A stretch of DNA of 64,000 nucleotides from assembly GCA_965112735.1 (NCBI GenBank), contig OZ218957.1, positions 2,728,001 through 2,792,000 of the forward strand. Direction: 5' to 3'. Shown here piece by piece: positions 12,930 to 26,035 of the stretch. Source of the DNA: Phaeosaccion multiseriatum. Its lineage: Eukaryota; Protista; Ochrophyta, other classes. The notes under the pieces are model-generated. The model was given only the letters and a program-made list of their open reading frames with translations. It did no database searches and was not told the DNA's origin. Position numbers and translations under genes: made by a program. Each line of letters opens with the position of its first letter. The stretch's first letter is position 1.

Positions 12930-14734
12930 ATGAAAATTTACGTCGCCCGACCCACGAGAAGCAGGCCTCCTGCTCTCGTCTGTACAGTTGGACTTCTTGC
13001 AGTGAGAGGGGCCGATGGTTTCACCTGCATGTGCCACGGACATCAGCATCCCGTGCTAAAGGGCGGTGATCCCGCCTCACTCCCCGAGAGCAGGAAGGAT
13101 TTCTTCCGCGATACGGCCAGGAAAGCGGCAGGAATCGCAGCAAGCTCTACCTTCGGCGCGGCGGTGGTGCAACATGCTCCACAGTCAACATCTATGGTTG
13201 CTGCAGCAGACTTGGTGTCGAGCATGGACGGCCGCTACATGCAGGGAGGCGGTTACGGTGGGGCGTTCAAGGAGCTCGTGCCAGTCGATGAGGCCAAGTG
13301 CTTTCCTCCGGAAGCCACGAGGTGGGTGGGTAAAGTGGCGGAGCGGCGGCGGGAGAGCACTGTGGCTCTCAACAGTGCTGTTGGGCAGATGGTCTATCTC
13401 ACACTACAGTCGTCCGTGCTCCAGGTGGGTGGGCGCGCCTGAGATGTGGAGTGCAATTGGTTGTCACAAGAGCAGGGACCTCTCTATCTCCTGCTGATGG
13501 GGACGAGCTGCTCTCTCTCTCCCTCTCTCTCTCTGTGATCCCCTCACACATGAACCTGCTACATGGCATGTACCTCAACCCTGCCCTCCTCTCAGGTGAA
13601 CAGCTCGCAGGTATCCACAGACGCAAGGTGAGGAAGGGGCGCAGAGGTCGTCGCCCTTGACCGGCACTTGGTCGTTGCTTCTGCTGCTGCTGCTTGTCGA
13701 TACCAGATGGGAGAAGAGCCTCTCCTGTGTATGCATGCGTGTGTGCGTGCGTGCATATTCCCTGAAGTCCCGAACTCCCTTTGGTATCCTCCTCTGCTGA
13801 TGGATGGGGGAACGTTTTACTCCGCCTTCGCTGTCACTATCACCCCGCCCGACCCCACCACCCCACCTCAGAGGGCAAGGCTGGACAGCTTTTGATCAGT
13901 CCCTCCCTCCCCTCCCCTCCCCTCCCATATGCCTCTAATCTCCCTCCTCGACAGGTCGGCGTACCGTGATGTCCGAGCAGTGCTCCGCGCCGCGCGTAGG
14001 TCGCCCAGCCGGGGCCTGAGCAGTGGAGGCAAGGTCGACAAGCTCTCTACCCTTAGAATGCAGACTCTCTCCGCAGCCTGCGAGTACTACCACGGAATGG
14101 TGCACTCCATGGGCCTCGCCTACCCAGACAGGCGCTCGCTGGTTAGTGAGCAACGGAGCGAGGAAGGAGAGGGAGGGAGGGAGGGAGGGAGGGATGAGGC
14201 CGGGCTGTCACAGCAAGGGGAGGGGATGGCAGTGGAGGAGAAATTGGAGGGCTTGCCAGGGCATGACTCTCTCTCTCTCTCTCTCTCTCTCTCCGCCCCA
14301 CTTGCCGCTGCTGTTGCTCGCTCCGTCTCACTCCCATCTCTTCCGCCCATCGGTCTTTCTATCTTACATTCGTATTCGCAGTCCGCGCCATCCCCAGAGA
14401 GCCCCCTCGGGCAAGCCGTGGCCGCCTTCGGAGGCCTTGACGCCGTGTTCGAACGAATTACACAAGCAGCGCAGCAGGCCCTCGCCAACGGCAACGAAGG
14501 GTGGGTGTGCGTGTGGAGCAAGAAGGCGGCAGTGGCGAAGGGAGGAGGAGGGGGCGCGCTTAGAGTGCAGCCGCCGCGGCTGGAGGTGGGGTTTTTCCGA
14601 GACAGCGAGTCGCCCCTGCTGGCAGAGGGGGGAGGTGGAGTGGTGGTGCTGGCCTTCCCTGTGCTGCTGCTCATGCCGCCGAGAGGCGAGGATGAGGCCG
14701 AGGGAGACGGCACAACAACCACCACCACCACCAC

Positions 14735-14771
<37 letters not shown>

Positions 14772-14900
14772 TTGAGTATCAGCTCAACGGCCGAGGGTCT
14801 GCAGGCTCTGATCCAGGCGTGGGCAGGCAGCGTAAACTGGACCACCGCCACGCAGCTCATGGAGGGGAAGCTCGTCAGCGATTTGTTCTACCAGGCGTGA
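12930..14900 (+). CDS. Degenerate Fe/Mn superoxide dismutase-fold protein, probably plastid-targeted (exons approx. 12930-13424, 13596-13627, 13953-14140, 14382-14900)
   Basis: SPLGQAVAAFGGLDAVFERITQAA...EGWVCV, FPVLLL and LIQAWAGSVNW follow the SOD C-terminal domain pattern. The signal peptide ends ADG-F. The DVWEHAY metal-binding motif is absent. Confidence 0.6.
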
Positions 14901-15632
14901 GAGGGAGGAAGGCAGCTGGTGGTGGAGAGTACTGTAAGGCGAGTGACGGAGGGGAACTGTAGTTTATAAAATCTACTACTTCGTTCCGCTGTGGGACAGT
15001 GGGTGGACCCGTTGGCGGAGCTCCCTCCCACCGATCGCCAATCTCGTTTTGGTGTCGCGCCAAGGTTGGCTCACAGGAGCGGGCATTCACAGGCAGGATC
15101 GCGTGTGGTGATACAGCAACGGGTGGTGGGGCGGTGCTGCTGTGACCTCTCGGCGCCTTTCCCCTCTGCCCGGTTCTCTCTCTCCTTCATCCCGCGCCTA
15201 GCTTCCTCTGTCCGGCAGAAGGGGGAGAGAAGGGCAGATCGCCAGGCGGCAGTAGCAGCAGCAGCAGCAGCAGCAGCAGCAGTTGGCGATACATTAGTAC
15301 ACTGTGTGACATGGATGGACAGTCGACGGGAGGAGGGAGGAGGGAGGAGGCGCGAGAGACAAGCGTGTCAGGGGGCAAGAGCACCACCCCCCACCTCCCC
15401 ATCTACTCCCCTTGGGGCAAAGCGGTGGGGTTTCTCAGTCGGTATGTCAATGAGGCCCTTCCGTCCTTCTCCCTCCTCCGGCGGCGGCGGCGCCATCAGA
15501 CGGGTACAAGGGACAAGCAAGAGGCTGTTGGTATCGGTTAAGCTCTACTTAACTGAAACTGGACTCTCACTCTACACTGACCGAGGCATCCCAAACTGCT
15601 CGAAGTGAGTGAAGTGAGTGGGGGAGCAGTAG

Positions 15633-15838
15633 ACCATGGGAGGAGAGGGTGACTGACTCTGTTTGTGAAACGCTTGGGAAGGAGGAAAGCGAGGGAAGGA
15701 GGTCTTTCGCGAAGGGCATGTCCACAACAGTACTGGAAAGGGGAATGGGGTAGTCAATGGGGTATGGCCCCTGCCGCCTTTGAGGAGATGAAGCAGGCGG
15801 TGCACGCCAATGGACGCCCCTGCCACTGCCAAGACTGA
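15633..15838 (+). pseudogene. Frameshifted 3' fragment of the ankyrin-like family
   Basis: Encodes ...WGMAPAAFEEMKQAVHANGRPCHCQD*, homologous to the C-termini at 27022 and 29719. There is a frameshift after CPQ. Confidence 0.85.
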
Positions 15839-16682
15839 CTTACGAGGGAAGAGTTTCAAAATACATGTAGATGGGGGATGGGCAGGGTTTGAGGGATCAA
15901 TTCTCAACGGACGGGTGCTCCTCTTTGCCGCCGCGTCTCTAAGTAGGGGGATGGGGGGAAAGCCCGGGGCCAAGGCCAGCTCTCATGGCAGCAGTTATAG
16001 AGTAGTAGCAGCGAGTAGGGGCGTATCCAAAATACAAACACTTTTTTTTCTATTCATTCCTCCCCATTTCCCACTGGTGTAGTATCGCTTTCTTGGACTT
16101 GTTCTTGTTGTTCCCCGTTGCCGCTGTAAGGCGAAGCTCGGCGTACCCCCTAAGTGAGGCTTCAATTATACACATCTTCCTGCCGCCCCCAAGGCCCAAG
16201 AAAAAGAACAGCAAACAAACACACACCTCTGACAACATTCACTCTTCAAAACTGCCCTGCCCTCTCCCTCCCCCTCCCTCTAAACTTTCTGTTGTTCCCC
16301 AAAGTCTCTAATCATACGTATGATACACTCACTCCTTTCCTCGATTCAATCGATGCCCATTACAGCCCCCCCCCCCGCCCCCAAATCAAAACTGCACTAT
16401 CAATCAACATCAATCAATCGATCTATGCCATTTCGCAGCCGCCTCTCCTCTCCTCTCCCCCCGCCCCACAACCGCGGCGGAGGAAAGAAAGTCTGTCTCT
16501 CTCTCTCTCGGCAGCCCACACACTCGGCCCTCCCTCGGCAGGCGGGTTCCATCCACAGCACTGACACTGAGCCCTTCCCCATCCGCTGCCATCCCCCTCC
16601 CCCCCTCGGCTCCTCTCTTAGACTCTACCTGACGCCCGCTGCCTCTGGTGGACCTACCCCCCCCCTACCCCGTGCTCTCTGC

Positions 16683-19600
16683 CTAGGCCGTGGCTGCCCT
16701 GTCCCCAGCCTCTCCGTGCACGTTGTAAATGTCGTCCAACGCGGGTCGGTTCTCCGCGCTCCACCCTTGCTGGGCTCCCTCCTGCCCGAGGCCCTTGAAG
16801 CTGTCCACCTGGTGTGTAAGAGGGGAGGGGAAGGGAGGGGGGGGGGGGGGGGTCATGCGACCAGATTAGATAGATAGATCAGGGCGGCACATTGCGGGGC
16901 AGACGGTGCAGACTTGGCTGAATCGATGGAACAACACAGAGGCCCTACTCTCTGAAGTAGGGGCTTGACAGACAGTTACAGGCTTTCGTAGTTGGCAGCT
17001 GAGGTGACTACACCCACCACACCACCCTCCTACCAACCCACCAACCCACCTGGATGATGATCTCCCTGGCGGCCTCAACCTCATCGATGAACTGCTGCTC
17101 TGCAAGCGTTGGTTCTCTCTTCTCCTTCCGCAGCGTCGCCAGCACCTTGTCTGCCGCCACGGCCTTGGGCAGCGTGGCGTGGATGAGCGCCACTCGGTCG
17201 CTCACATCCTTGGACACAAACAGGTTCTCGGCCATGAGGTCTCGCACACCGCTGTCCGTGGACGCCAGCTGGGAAACCTCCCTAGAGAGCTTGTCCGAGG
17301 GGCGCGCGTAGCACCGTCCCGTGGGGAAGGCCGTGGCCTGCATGGCCCAGGCCAGCGGACGGGTGGGGAAGTTGGCAAAGATGCCGTAGAAGGCGTCCTC
17401 AGTGTCCGCCAAGATGGTCTGCATGGCGAAGTCGGTCACCTTGTCCAGCCCCTCCACCCCGGGGTGTGAGGCGGCGTACCACAGCGTGGAATAGCCCAGC
17501 ACAAGGTTGGACAACACGTCGGCGTAGCGGCCTGAGGGGGGAGGGGGAGGCGGGGCAGAGAGAGAGACGGGAGAGAAATGGGTCAGAAAGCCGTAGAGAG
17601 AAGGTTCCTCCCCGTTAGGAGTACGCTCAGAATTGCAGGAGTGCCACCCCTCCCTTCCTCCCCTTCTTCCCCCTCTCCCTTATCCTGACCTGAGAGCATC
17701 TCGGCGAACTTAATCTTGCCCCCCATAGTGAGGCTCACATCCGCACAGAAAGCAAACGCCGATGTAAGGCGGTCCAGCTGAGACGCGTAGTGTGCCTCCC
17801 TATCTCCCCCTGAGCTCCTCGAGCGGGTGAGTGCGCGTGTGAAGGTCTTGGCGCTGTTGACGACACCGTGCTTGACGATCTTGCCAAGAGCATCGTTGAA
17901 GCCCTTCTGATCATCCCCCTGCTGGATAGCCTTGATAATGTCAAGCAGGTGTGGGTGAGAGCGCGTCAGCCCCTGTCCGAAGATGATGAGGGAGCGTGTG
18001 AGCGTGTTGGCTCCCTCCACGGTGATTGCGATGGGGATGGCGGTGTAGGCGTTGGCCATGAAGTTGCTGGGGCCGTTGCAGATGCCCGCACCTGAGGAGG
18101 AGGAGGAGGAGGAGGAGGAGGAGCAGAGGAGGGATACGTTAGCAGCCAAGGAAGGACGAAGGGGCCTAGAGGGGTCGTGAGTTAGTGGGTAGGCCTAACC
18201 AGTCCCAAAAGCGGTAAGGGTAGGGGTGGGTGGGAGCATGCAAGTAAGAGCTCAAGTTCTCTCTCTCTCTCTCTCTCTCTCTACGTAAGGAGAATGTGTC
18301 CTAGATGAAGGTGACAGGAGAGAAGCATTGACGCACCTCCGAGCACGTCCATGCCGTCGTTGACGACTGTACGCATGCGCATGGTGAGCTGCTGCTTCAA
18401 CACGGCACTCAGCACGGCGGGCTGCTCGTGGTCGTTGAGCATCGCGTTCATCAGCGCCTGGAAACCCGACAGACGGACAGAGAGGCAGTGAGGGACGGGC
18501 AGGCAGGGAGACAGACAAGACAAAAAGTGACGCGTGAGTGGAGTGGGCCATGCAGGAAGACGGCGACGGTTCACAAGATGGTGCTAGATGGCAGTTCCCC
18601 AAGTGAGACTGACCTGGGCGGAAACATTGACGAGGGCGTTGCCCGCCACTCGGGCCAAGTGCTCCTGTACGCCCTCCAGCTCAGCAAGGGGCACCTTTGG
18701 GGAGTGAGGAGGGTGAACAGATGGTAGCAAATGCAGAGGGACGGGCTTCGGTCAGCTTTCCGCCTTTCGCTTGCAGTGGTGATACGCGTCTTCACATACA
18801 CAAACCGTGCGACAAAAGGAGAGGGAAGGGCAAAAGAGTACGCCTTGAAGCGCAAACAGAAACTCCACATACAAAGCAAACCCCCCCACATGCAAAGCCC
18901 CTCACCTTGAACTGCTTGCGAATGCGTGCATAAGCCCCCACCGTGGTGAGCACGCTCTTGCTGGCAGCGACGCTCATGGCGGGCAGGGACACCCCCCTGC
19001 CCTCCGCCAGACAGTCCATCAGCATGTTCCATCCGAAGCCCGCCCTCTCCTGGCCGCCGATGATCTGATCCAAGGGGATGAACACGTCCTCGCCCTCCAC
19101 CGTGCCGTTCATGAAGGCGGCGGAGCAAGGGTCTGTTGGGAAGAGGTGGGTAGATGGAGGGAGGTGTATGTGTGAGGAAGGAGGGGCGTGAGCAAGGAGA
19201 GTGGAACACACATTGTAGCAGCACAAGAGTAATGCTCGAGCATATCCTTCCACTGCCTCTCTTTCTCTCTCTCACTTCTCTCCTCCTCCCCACCTCCACT
19301 CTACTTCCTCCCCTCCATCCCCTCCGCCCCTCCCCCCCCACCTCCTCCCCCCCCCCTCTCTCTCTTACCGTGGCGGTCTCCCAGACGAAGCCCCGGGTGT
19401 CCCCTCTCCAGCAGCACCACGGTGATGCCCTCGCTCCCCTTGCCCTGCAGCAAGCCCTGAGGGTCCTTCAAGTTGAAGGCCAGGCCAACAATCCCAGCCA
19501 CGGGCGCCAGCGTAATGTACCTCTTGGCAAAGGTTGCCCTCACCCCCATCACCCCATTCTCCTCCACCACCACTCCCGAGTCCCTCATGGAGGCGGCATC

Positions 19601-20620
19601 GGAGCCCGAGGCGGCGCCCGTGAGCCCAAAGCAAGGTATGAGCTCTCCCGTAGCGAGGCGAGGCATGTAATTCTGCTTCTGCTCCTCGGTTCCGTATCGA
19701 CCGAGCAGCTCTCCGGGGCCGAGGGAGTTGGGCACCATGACAGTGACGGCTGCGCTGCCGCTGCGGGAGGCGATCTTCTGCACCACTTGGGAGTGGCCGT
19801 GTGCGCTGAAGCCAAGGCCTCCGAACTCCTTGGGGATGCACCTGTGTTGTTCAATAGGGAGAGGAGTGGAAAGAGTGGTGGGCAGGAGCGGGGAGGGGCG
19901 GGCACACATCATTATCGCACGCCAACGAGCAGCTTGCGTTTGCAAAGTAGGGGCGGACCGTCCACACTCACATGCCGAGGAACTTCTTCTCGCGCATAAA
20001 GTCCCACACGGGCTTGGAGAGATCCCTCTCCTTGACAATGTCGTAGTCCTTGATCATCTCGCACAGCTCCTCGACCTCATTGTCCATGAAGGACTGCTCT
20101 TCGGGGCTGAGCTGCGATACGGTATACTGCTTCTTGAGGGACTTGAGGTTGGCGGTGCCGGAGAAGATCTCGCGGTCAAAGCCAACGGTTCCTGTGTGTG
20201 TGCATGGGCGGGGGAGTGGGGGGTGGGGTGGCCGTGTGGTGTGGAGGTGTGGAGTGAGCGTTGCTTGTGTGGTTGGGAGTATCGTAAAGCGGGGGGGGGG
20301 GGGCAGGGCTTTAAAGGGATGGCGAGAGCGTGGGATGGGTGTGGAAAGAGAAGAGGGGAGAGAGAAGCGCTGCAGGGAAGTGTGGAGATGGAAGAAGGGA
20401 ACACAGCCCGCAGCCCCCTCCTGAAAAACGCAACGGAGGGTGAAGTTGAACTGGTGCTGTACGGACCTGCATTGAGGGCAGCGGCCTCCGTGCTGGAGAT
20501 CTTGGGCGTGACTTTCTTGGCCAAGTTGTAGGCTGCGGGGATGAAGGTCCGCTGTGTCTGCTGCTGGAGCTGCGCCAGCGTCTGGGCCTTCCGCAGGCCT
20601 CGGCCAGTGATCCGCTGCAT
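16683..20620 (-). CDS. FadE-type acyl-CoA dehydrogenase with DUF1974 C-terminus, 8 exons, likely mitochondrial
   Basis: PKISSTEAAALNAGTVGFD, VTVMVPNSLGPGELL, PCFGLTGAASGSDAASM, KRYITLAPVA, GWNMLMDCLAEGRGVSLPA, YARIRKQF, IPIAITVEGANTLTRSLIIFGQG. All seven introns are GT-AG and in phase. Confidence 0.93.
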
Positions 20621-21092
20621 GGCGAAAAGCGATTCGGAAAGGGGAGTTGCCTTTGCTTTTTTCTTCTAACCGCCCGATGCTGGTACTACGCCTGCTCTGC
20701 GTGAAGCTCCTGACCCTAAAGCTGAAGCTCTACTAGGGAAAGACGTTTCCTTCTTTTTGCTGTATGCGGGTCCCTTTGCTGTTGTTCTTTCCTGATCGAA
20801 CTTGCCTGAACCTGGTAAACACTTGAAGTCCAACCCCCTCGGGTCAGAGCCGTCTGTTGCCATCCTTCTCCTAGCCTCCTTCTCTCCTAGCCTCCTTCCC
20901 TCCTCCTCTCGTCTTCGGTCGCACGGTTGGACCCGTATCTCCTCCTTCCGAAGAGGAGAGCGAGGGAGACCCGGCTAGGCAGAGACATCAGGCCCAGGGC
21001 CAACCGGGAGTCTTTCACAAAGAAAGAAAGATGATGAGATAAGGCGTGGGTCGTGTCTCTCTTTCAACGGGGAGCAATAGCTCGGGTGAGCG

Positions 21093-22854
21093 ATGGGGAG
21101 CTACGCAGGAGGAAACGACCTGGCGACCGTCCACCGGCGGCGCACGGAGGAGCTCCGCCTCATCGGGAAGTACGACTCGTAAGTAGTGGTCAGGAGGCAG
21201 AGAGCGTTGCATGGAACATTTGGGGGAAGGCCTTGGTAGCTTAGGCGCTGCATCCCCTCTCCTGTATCCGCATTCCCTTCATCTTTCTTCGTTGGTTGTG
21301 AGCTGTGACATTATGACCTTCCTTGCCATGGGCGTCTCTCTGACAGTACCCCTTCAGAGGGGGCGGACGAACCTTCACGACTTCGTCTGGCCCGTCCAGT
21401 CAACTCCGTTCCGCCTCAGCGAACCCCCCCCCCCCTCTCAACTACCGTTGCCTTGCTGCCTGCATTGTCCTGCCTATCCCCTTCTCCCCTCTCCCCTACC
21501 ACTCAACTCGACTCAACTCGACTGAGGGCAGAGCGACCATCAACCCTAGGAGAGAGTGCTGGTTCCTGGTGGAGACTTCCTGGTTGGAGGGCTGGGCCAA
21601 GTTCGTAAGGGGGGAGGGCCCGCCGCCAGACAGTATTAGCAACAAGAAGTTGTTTGAGGGGGACTTGAAGACCCCTGTCAAGGACCTCAAACCCAAGGTG
21701 GACTACCGCGGAGTGAACCCCATGGTGTGGTTCCTCTACAATGAGATGTACGGCAAGGACGAGTGCCCCGAGGTGTGCAGGTGAGTGAGTGATGTTGATG
21801 GGTGGGGAGTGAGCAGATGGAGGGAACGGGGACGGTAGATACAACAGAGAGAGAAAGCGGAAAGAGAGAGAAGAGAGAGAGAGAGAGAGAGCGCGCGCGA
21901 AAGAGAGAAGAGAGAGATGAGAGAGACATGAGAGGAAGAGAACAAGACAGAGATAGAGGGAGAGAGAATGACTACATGTATCACAGAACGAGAGGCGAGA
22001 GAGAGAGAGAGAGAGTCTCGAACGTGGAAATCAAACGCCGCTCAGGACATGAATCAGACTCGGAGAGCCGCTAGCCGCCCCTCCCTCACCCCCCTGCACC
22101 CCGCCCCTCCCCCCTCTACATCACCACTCCCCTCCTCCTTCCTTCCTCCCTTCGGTCAGATACGTCATCGACCTGTACGAGCTCGAAGTTCCTGCCAAGT
22201 ACAAGGCAGAGATAGAGGCCGGGCCGCGCAGGAAGGCCAAGCTAGAAGTGCAGAAGATGAGGTGGAGGGTGGAGCCGCCGGACATCGCCAGGCAGGAGCA
22301 AGAGGTGCTCTGCGGATGTGTCACAGAGGTATGGATGGTGTGTTGGTGATACAGGGGTGGGGTGGATGGAGACAAGCTTTTTCGGTTGGAGAGAGAAATC
22401 CCTGAGAGAAGAAGTGAAAGCCAAGCGCGCGCGTGTGTGTGTAGTGTATTTGTGTGTGTGTGTTTGTAGTTCTCCATGTTCTGACTGAGTCTCTTTCACA
22501 GCGATTGCCCCCTCACAGTCTCATCTTTCTCGCTACCACCCGCCCCTCTCTCTTCCTCTCTCTCCCTTCCCTTGCCCCTACTCTTGTCATTGCTCTCCCT
22601 CGCTGCTCCGTGTATCACTATCCCCTGGCCCTTGTCAGTCAATGCTGGACTGCGTCTTCATCAACCTCTTCACGTGCTGCTTCAGATGCCGCTGCTTCCG
22701 CTGCCTGCCCTGCTGCCGCAAGTCCTCGGGCCCTCGCTACACACGTGTCAACTACGCTGACGCCGACGCAGATGGCGACGATGAGATGCTCCAAGATGAT
22801 GCAGAGCTCGACGAGCAAGAGCAGGAGCTCGAGCGAGAGCTGGAGATGGTGTAG
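21093..22854 (+). CDS. Small stand-alone DUSP-domain protein with a Cys-rich tail (4 exons)
   Basis: ECWFLVETSWLEGWAKFV...PPDSISNKKL...DYRGVNPMVWFLYNEMYG is the DUSP (domain in ubiquitin-specific proteases) pattern. Exons 21093-21178, ~21532-21780, ~22160-22328 and ~22639-22854 splice in frame. Confidence 0.78.
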
Positions 22855-24096
22855 CAGAGTGTAGCAGAGCGCCAGCGGCACATCGGTCGGCCATTGCCTC
22901 GGCGTTTGTCTGTGTGCCTACCTGCCTCGATGGATGGGTGCGGATGAGGCGAGTCCTAGTCGGCCCATGGTCCTCTCCTCTTCGCCTCCGCCTCCTCTGC
23001 TGCACGGCCATTCACGCCCTGCTGCCGCACTTGCCACTCCAGTGCCCTTCCGCGAGGGGCGGGAGGAGGGTGGGCGATGGGCACTGGGGTGGGGAGGATC
23101 ATCGATTGGAGGTGGTCTCGCCGAGGGGAGGAAGGGGGAGGAAGTCAAGTGGCCTAGGTGAGGGCCCTTCTCATCCCCTCCCTTTCTCGACGCACACCCA
23201 TACCCTGGGACTTTGGAGTGTCTTCGCCAAATAGGCTTTTTTGGCGACTTTCGTGCTCACGAGCTCTGATTTGCCGCTTCGCTGATGAAAGGGAGAAGCT
23301 GGAAGGAGAGGGAGCCTTAACCTACGCGTTTGTCTTCCCTCCCACGGAGGAGGGCCCTTTGCATATGCAGCTTCTTCCCTTTGGTATCCATCCACCGCCG
23401 AACAGGAGAATTGCGTCGATCGCTGTCCTCGATCTCCCTGCGGGGGAGGGGGATGTGCACGTAGGCCACGCCCTCCTCCTCTTCAAAGCCGGAAAGGGAG
23501 GGAGAGAGAGAAAGAGAGAGGAGGGGGGCAGAGAGGGAGGCGGAGCACAGCGTGGCGCGGAGACGCGAGCGAAGGCCCCCCCCTTTGACGCTTGGGAGGG
23601 AGGGAGGGAGGGAGGGAGGGAGGGGCAGCCGGGACGCAGGCTTGTGCAGAGCGACGGCTACAGTCCCTCGGGCGGCACTGGTGGGAGGGTGAGTTTCAGA
23701 GGGGGGGGCAATAGGGCCCTTAGTCAGCCAACTCCGTCAGTCATTCTGTCAGTCAGGCTCTGGTCAGTCCGTCAGTCGCTGAGTCGGTTCAGCCGGCGAC
23801 GCCCCTTCATCAAATGCCAAAGGCCGGCGGAGAAAGAAGGGAGGAGCATCCCACCCCTCAGTCGTTACGAGAAGGATTCGCCTCGAAGGAAAACAGCCAT
23901 GGGGGACGGACTTGTGTACAGGAAGCTGGGAGGGTGGACATGAATGAAGTGCCTCTTTATACTCTTGATACACAAGACATGGCAAGGGAATGGAACGCCC
24001 GGCTTTGTGCTTGTGCCCTTTTTGGTCCTCTGCAGGTACCATGAGAATGGCATGGGCGGGACCAGGCGGTGCTTGACGCAGGGGGCTGTTTTTACT

Positions 24097-24275
24097 CGGG
24101 AGGAAAGCAGCGGCCTCAGGAGGGACTGGAGCCGGCCTCCTTGTCGTAGGCCTACAGCGAGCCTGGCTCGTCGCCCCCCTCCACAGCGCCGTAGCTTTTT
24201 CCAATCGGACTGAGGCTCGTGTTGACGCCCCCTCTCCCTCTGCCGCCCTGTCACCGTGCTGCCGCTCCTTGGACT
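24097..24275 (-). pseudogene. Displaced copy of the 3' end of the CNNM gene
   Basis: Aligns with the reverse complement of ~49080-49270 (shared gcagcggcctcaggaggg and ggactgaggctcgtgttga). Confidence 0.85.
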
Positions 24276-24510
24276 CATTCACTGATTGGCCCTGGACATG
24301 ATCATCTGATTACTGATGATGGCTGGCGCCAGGCCTGGTTACTGATTATGATCGGCGCAAACCATACTCATTGTCGACACTGTACCGCACCAGCAATATA
24401 CCGTTGGCCGTTGGCCGGGCTCTTCTTCAATAAAAAAAAGTGCATGACGGTCCCTCTCGTCCACAAGCTCCTTGAGAAGGTTCTCCAAGAGTGGTGATGT
24501 CCCAAAAACC

Positions 24511-25470
24511 TCAGTCTTGGCAGGGGCACGGGTGTCCATTTGTATGCACCCACTGCTTCATCTCCTCATAAGCGGCAGGGGGCGTATCCCAGTCATCACC
24601 ATATTCGTCTTTCCACCACTGCGGGCATGCCCTGCTGTCCCAGGGGTACATGCCCTCCTCTGAGCGGAGCCACTTGAGCATACAATGTAGGCAGATTCTT
24701 GGCCCCGACTGCGGAATGACATAAACTTTCATCCCAAGCGCGATCGTGTGCAGCCATTGCAGCCATTACAGCGCTTCCTGATTGCGTGCCCAGACCGCGT
24801 GCCCAGACCGCAACGTAAAGACCAAGTTCCCACGCCCTGCTTCTCCCTGACGCCTCCATCTCAACTCTAACGTTGGGATGGTGGACCACCCACTCCACCA
24901 CAGGAAGACACGCCGACCGAATGGCCCCTCTCAAAAGAGAAAAATCAAATGCAGCGTTCACCTCGTCTGTGAGAAGCCACTCCAGCATGTCAAGCTTGCC
25001 CTTCAGAGCTGCATCATAATTCACCCCTTCATCCCATGGGCACCTCTCCTTGTCGGGCAAGCCTTCCGTCCGCAGCCATTGGAGGATACTCAGTCCATGC
25101 CACTCATTGCTCACAGCAGCCTGACACACGCTTCGACTCCAGGCACAGTCCATGCTGTAAAGAGCCTTGCACACGCTCACATCTCCGTACTGTGCTGCAG
25201 CCTCAAAAGCCTTCACACCCAGCTCGTACCCGTACTTCCTGGCCCAGCCCAAACGCTCCACAGACGAAAATCCAAATACACTCCTGAAATGCGTTGTCCT
25301 TGCTGGATGGAACTGTCTGTAATGGGAAAGAAGAAATCATCAACCCCGCCAGTCCACTCCATGACTGTACTTAAGCAGCACGGGCTGAGCCAGGGCATGG
25401 TCGAAAGATTAGAAGGTACCCCCATCGCTTCCAGCAAGGGCGGCGGGATCGGGAGCAGCTGCTTCATGCG
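24511..25470 (-). pseudogene. Ankyrin-like repeat gene, subtype A, pseudogene
   Basis: Paralog of 27471-28493 broken into three ORFs (25213-25467, 24596-25261, 24511-24732) by a stop and frameshifts. Ends WVHTNGHPCPCQD*. Confidence 0.88.
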
Positions 25471-26035
25471 AAGTCAGATACACCTCTCCTGAAAGCCTCT
25501 CCCCGCCCTGCTTTCAGTCCACCCCACCCATGACCATCAGTAGTACGCACGGGGATCAAGCAAAGGGGGGCGTTCTCTTCTCGGTCAAACCTGAGGATTT
25601 GAGAGCAAAATAAAGAGAGAGAGAAAAAGACAGAAGAGAATGTAATGGCTGCTGGACCATCTCCCACACTCGCCTTCAGCTGCTCCTCCTCCCCTCCTCA
25701 ATCTCTTCAAGGCCACACTGGCTGCGTCAGCAAGCAGCGATGGGGGGATCCAATCATCAGCAGTGAAGTGTATAGCCGAGGTCGTATCCCTCCGACTCAT
25801 CAATCCTCCCCATCGGAACAAAGAACAAAGTGAAGAACGAATCGAGCGAGAGCGCAAGTTGGTCATTCATTCGGACTTGGCCCTGTGAGTTACACGGTCA
25901 CAGCGATATTTGACGACAGCTACACCCATCCGCTCTTCTCACGACTCTCTCTGTTATGCTTTACCATTGATCCTTAGCTGTCGCTGCTGCAGCAGCTCAA
26001 GCAAAGGAGAGGGATTATCGGAGAGGCGTCTTCCC

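Noticed and set aside
13451-13595. HMNLLHGMYLN as the SOD N-terminal His helix
   Set aside because: Splice phases only work if this stretch is intronic (micro-exon 13596-13627).
5043-20620. Metabolic gene cluster (HMGR, carrier, acyl-CoA dehydrogenase)
   Set aside because: Unrelated pathways and compartments, with no terpene synthase or tailoring enzymes.
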